DNA of 64,000 bases from Ostrea edulis (Eukaryota): NCBI RefSeq assembly GCF_947568905.1, contig NC_079167.1:49848001-49912000 (forward strand), read 5' to 3'. Position numbers and translations under genes: made by a program. Position 1 is the first letter of the stretch. Each line of letters begins with the position of its first letter. The notes under the pieces were generated by a model. It was not told the DNA's origin, did not search any database, and worked only from the letters and a program-made list of their open reading frames with translations. Positions 60,410 to 64,000 of this stretch are shown piece by piece.

Positions 60410-63400
60410 ATGGCGACGCGCGGACATTTGAAGAAGTTGAGAGTTGGAGCACTCAAAGAGTTGGCAAAAGATTTGTCAATAAATATAGCGAAGAAAGGAA
60501 AAAAACGAACTTATACGTGAAATTCTCGATGCACAAGTTCCCGTCTCTTCCCTCACACCAGTCGTTTTTCGATCACAAAATGAAACCATATTTCCTGAAG
60601 CAAAGGAAAATCTCCCTCCCTTTAATTCGGTCCCTTACCAAAAATCACTACCCATGGGTCTCAAAATATCGTTTTTTACTATTTACGAATTCATGATTTC
60701 AAGAACAGAATCTGGCGACAATATAAACAATTTTAAAGGGATGGACAGAGCTGTAAAACACTACGATGCTGGTGATGTGAGAGAAGTGTCCAGTGCACAG
60801 GTATACCATATTGTCAATCACTTTATTATATTGACTTTATTAAGCACTATATATTTTGAAAATGCAAAACAGCATACTCAATTAAGTTTAAGACTAATGA
60901 TATCATTGTTTATAAAGCATGTGCTGTACATAAAGGCACACCTTTTAAAAAGGGGTGGGACAGTCGGATTTGAACTTCTTATAGGAGTTATGAGATTGAC
61001 CACTGTTCAATATCTTCACTGCCTGGGAATCATTTACAATAAAAAATTTAAAAAAAAGGGGGGGGGGGTGAAAGATATAGGTTACATATGTATATGCATG
61101 TAAGAAGTACAGACTTTGAATTGAAAATGAATACAATGTAATTGAAAAAAGGGGAGTAGCGCCCCCCCCCCCCCCCCCCTTCCCCCTTTGCTATGTCTGC
61201 AGCACGTAAAATGAAAACCACCTCTACTAGTACTTCCCCACTTTTTTTTGATATTGTAATTCACCACAATTGGAGCATGTCAATCCTTAGCAAAATATTT
61301 CAAATCAAGAAAAAGTGTCAAAACACATGTGATTTAATTATATATCTTCTTTTACAGGTAGATGATTCTACAGTGTATGTAAGAGCAAGATGTTATGCCT
61401 CCATGAAAAAGCAGGAGTATAATGTCTACATTTGCGCGACAAAAAGAGGACATGCAACACCAATCTCCATAGATTCTGCATATTGTCAATGTCCCATAGG
61501 GTGAGTCTATTAGGGAAAGCAATACAGAAAATTAGTGGGAAAAATACTTACATTTTCCTTCTGATTTGTACCCTGGATTGTTAGTAGGGATATTCATCAG
61601 TTTCATTTTTTTCTCCTATTATTTCAGATTTTAAGAAACTAAAAAGGAATGTCTCTGTTAATATCCATAAGGAATTGACATTATGACATTCAATAATCAA
61701 TTTTTGTTAGTAAAGATTGCATACATGTCCCCTTTTTTTCTTTTTTCTTTTAATTTATTATTTTTTTTTTTTTGCTTTTGAAAGTCATAGTAGAGTCTAA
61801 CCCATACTGTAAGATTATGTGTATATTTGAATTTAATTCTAGCTTGGCACAGGCCTGCAGTCATATTGGAGCATTGCTATTTGCATTAAGCAATATGAAA
61901 GATAGTGATGAGGAACCACTGAGTTGCACATCAGTCCTGTGTCATTGGAAAGCACCACGAGCCAATGCAACCACAACCCATGTCTGCACTTGCACATAGA
62001 AAACCTTCAACAGACTCTACAAATGATCCAATGACTGAGCCTGCTCCTCATCCACAGACAACCTTTGACCCCAGACATTCTATGGATAGGATACCTGACC
62101 TTGACCGTACATTGCAACACCTACAGAAACTTAAGGGAATTTTTTCCCAAAACAGTAAGATAAAGCATCTGGCAATTGATGACAGCTCAGACTGGACTTC
62201 TTTATTTAAGGAAATTAACACTATGTAAACAGTATTTATGATCTCTTTATCTTGAGATAAACATAATTATAACAAGTGTATAAAATTGAACAATACATTT
62301 GACAAAATAAAAAGCAATCATACATGTATAAGTTGCAAAAATATCTAATTGAGATCTAGATGACTTAAAATATACTGTATTATAGACATAACAATTATAA
62401 ATAATACACCAGTAATAACAAACTTGACTAAAAAAACAAAACAATTTAATAATGAATCATCAGATTTGAATTTGATTGGATCCTATAATCAACATGTATA
62501 TATTAAATATAGTTTAAATATATGTTTGTTTCAGGGATGGTGCATATTTGGAATATCCCAGACCCTGTCCCTATGGCATCACATGAAGAAGAAATTGTGA
62601 CAACCAAGGACCCCTACATCATGAAAATGGAAGAAATGCTTTTTACTGTTGGCAACTGTGAGTATCAAACATAGAACAAATTGATATTGAAAGTTCTACA
62701 TGACCATTTACCACCTGCAATAAATTTCCTTCCTACCAAGTTTAATGAATGTACAATAAAAAGGAACTGCTTAACGTAACATATGACCCACCACATAGTA
62801 ATATAAAACAGGTTAATATATCAACACATTTTTTTCCTTTGCCCCCACCTTCCATTGACATGGATCTAGTGATGTTCATAGAGAAGTTTACACAGGAGCA
62901 GAGAAAGTGTGAAATGTGGAAGTAGTTACACATTGGAAGGATAACTAGCTCCTTATTTGGGGATGTATTATCTGTTGGTAACAACTCCAATTCTCTAATT
63001 AGACAGATAGTCGAGGGATCAAACCTTGAAAGGTATGTTGAACAAAGCTATCATATGTGCATGCATGCATGTAGCATTTTGCATCTTAAATTCTGTTTTT
63101 AAAAATTCAGTAAACAAGATCACCTTTTCTACTTGAACATAATACAAATTAAAAACATGTGCATCAGTATATACAAGTTATATTACCAGACACAACCACC
63201 TAACTTCTTATGGTAGATTGATCCTAGATGTGATATCATATGTTTTTGCAATAATTTTTATTAGATTACTTTGCACTTGATGGGAATATAACTTTCAGAG
63301 GAATTTTATTTATTGGATAAAATAAAAAAAAATTGGTTATTTATTGATAGTGATAAAATTTATATTTTTCATAGAGTCTAATCAATTATTTCTAATGAAT

Positions 63401-64000
63401 TTTTTTTTATTATTCTGCTTTACAAAAATGTGTGATTTTCTGATTTTGACTTATACTGTCTGACATCTACGAAGGTGACAACATACACATTTTCTTTGGT
63501 TACCAATTAAATCAAGCCATATCAAGTGGAAATGGATACAGTTTTCCACTTTCAATTAATATTTATTTATAATATTTTTGTATAAGTAACATGAGGATGG
63601 AGCTACCTTAAGTATAAGTTAATTCTTGATGTTCTGATATTTTTGAATTAGGTACACAAACATGCCAGCATCTGTACAGTGGGGGATAGATCACGAGGAC
63701 ACAGCCCGAGTGAAGTACTCTATGATGAAACAAGTACTGGGGGACAGCTTTAGAATCGACCCTACTGGATTGATGCTCTGCAGTACCCATACTTTTCTAG
63801 GTGCATCCAGTGACGGGAGGGTAACAGAAGAGAACAGCACAGGCGTGTTTGAAATAAAATGCCCATACTCCATAAAGGGTACTTTGGTAAATGCCATGGA
63901 GATACCAGATATCCTTGCAATGGAAGACAAGAGCTTTTGTATTGAAAATACTAGTGAAGGACCAAAGTTAAAGTCATCCCACAAGTATTATGCCCAAGTA
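60410..64000 (+). pseudogene. Decayed spliced SAP-like + SWIM zinc finger + YqaJ/lambda-exonuclease (PD-(D/E)xK) gene of a DNA transposon (ISL2EU or Kolobok type); runs off the right edge
   Basis: Exons: 60410-60800 (LKKLRVGALKELAKDL..KKNELIREIL, frameshift in an A7 run), 61358-61500 (..AYCQCPIG), 61843-62154 (LAQACSHIGALLFAL..SCTSVLCHWKAPR, frameshift near 61964), 62535-62657, about 62741-63032 (TQEQRKCEMWK*LHIGRITSSLFG, premature TAG), 63652->64000 (WGIDHED..LGASSDG..FEIKCPY..HKYYAQV). Confidence 0.82.

Noticed and set aside
60113-60427. 104-aa minus-strand ORF divergent from the SWIM-YqaJ gene (possible transposase first exon)
   Set aside because: I recognise no THAP, HTH or DDE motif and found no convincing downstream exons. 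Left unassigned.

Overview
AT-rich, intron-rich animal genomic DNA. The repeat families point to a bivalve, probably an oyster (inference). Two host genes were reconstructed by hand from splice sites, both on the minus strand. (1) A USP53/USP54-family deubiquitinase: 11 coding exons seen, running off the left edge, with Cys/His/Asp catalytic motifs intact. (2) A complete 15-exon SLC5A8/SLC5A6-like sodium:solute symporter of 645 aa, with one probable GC-AG intron and a C-terminal PDZ-type motif. One intact tRNA-Lys(CTT) gene lies between them. The rest is transposon-rich: a decayed hAT element with an apparent vertnin/OTU-like N-terminal domain; a TTAA-flanked Kolobok derivative carrying a P2X7-ballast-like (KolX) gene; TTAA MITEs with internal tRNA-like cassettes; a complete 361-bp TRIM whose LTRs contain a tRNA-like cloverleaf (the most unusual structure found); Naiad-type Penelope-like fragments; tRNA-SINEs; Helentron-like non-autonomous elements; minisatellites; an SGNH hydrolase relic; and a decayed spliced SAP-SWIM-YqaJ exonuclease gene running off the right edge. 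Most ORFs in the supplied track are spurious. All family assignments come from motif recognition, not database searches.
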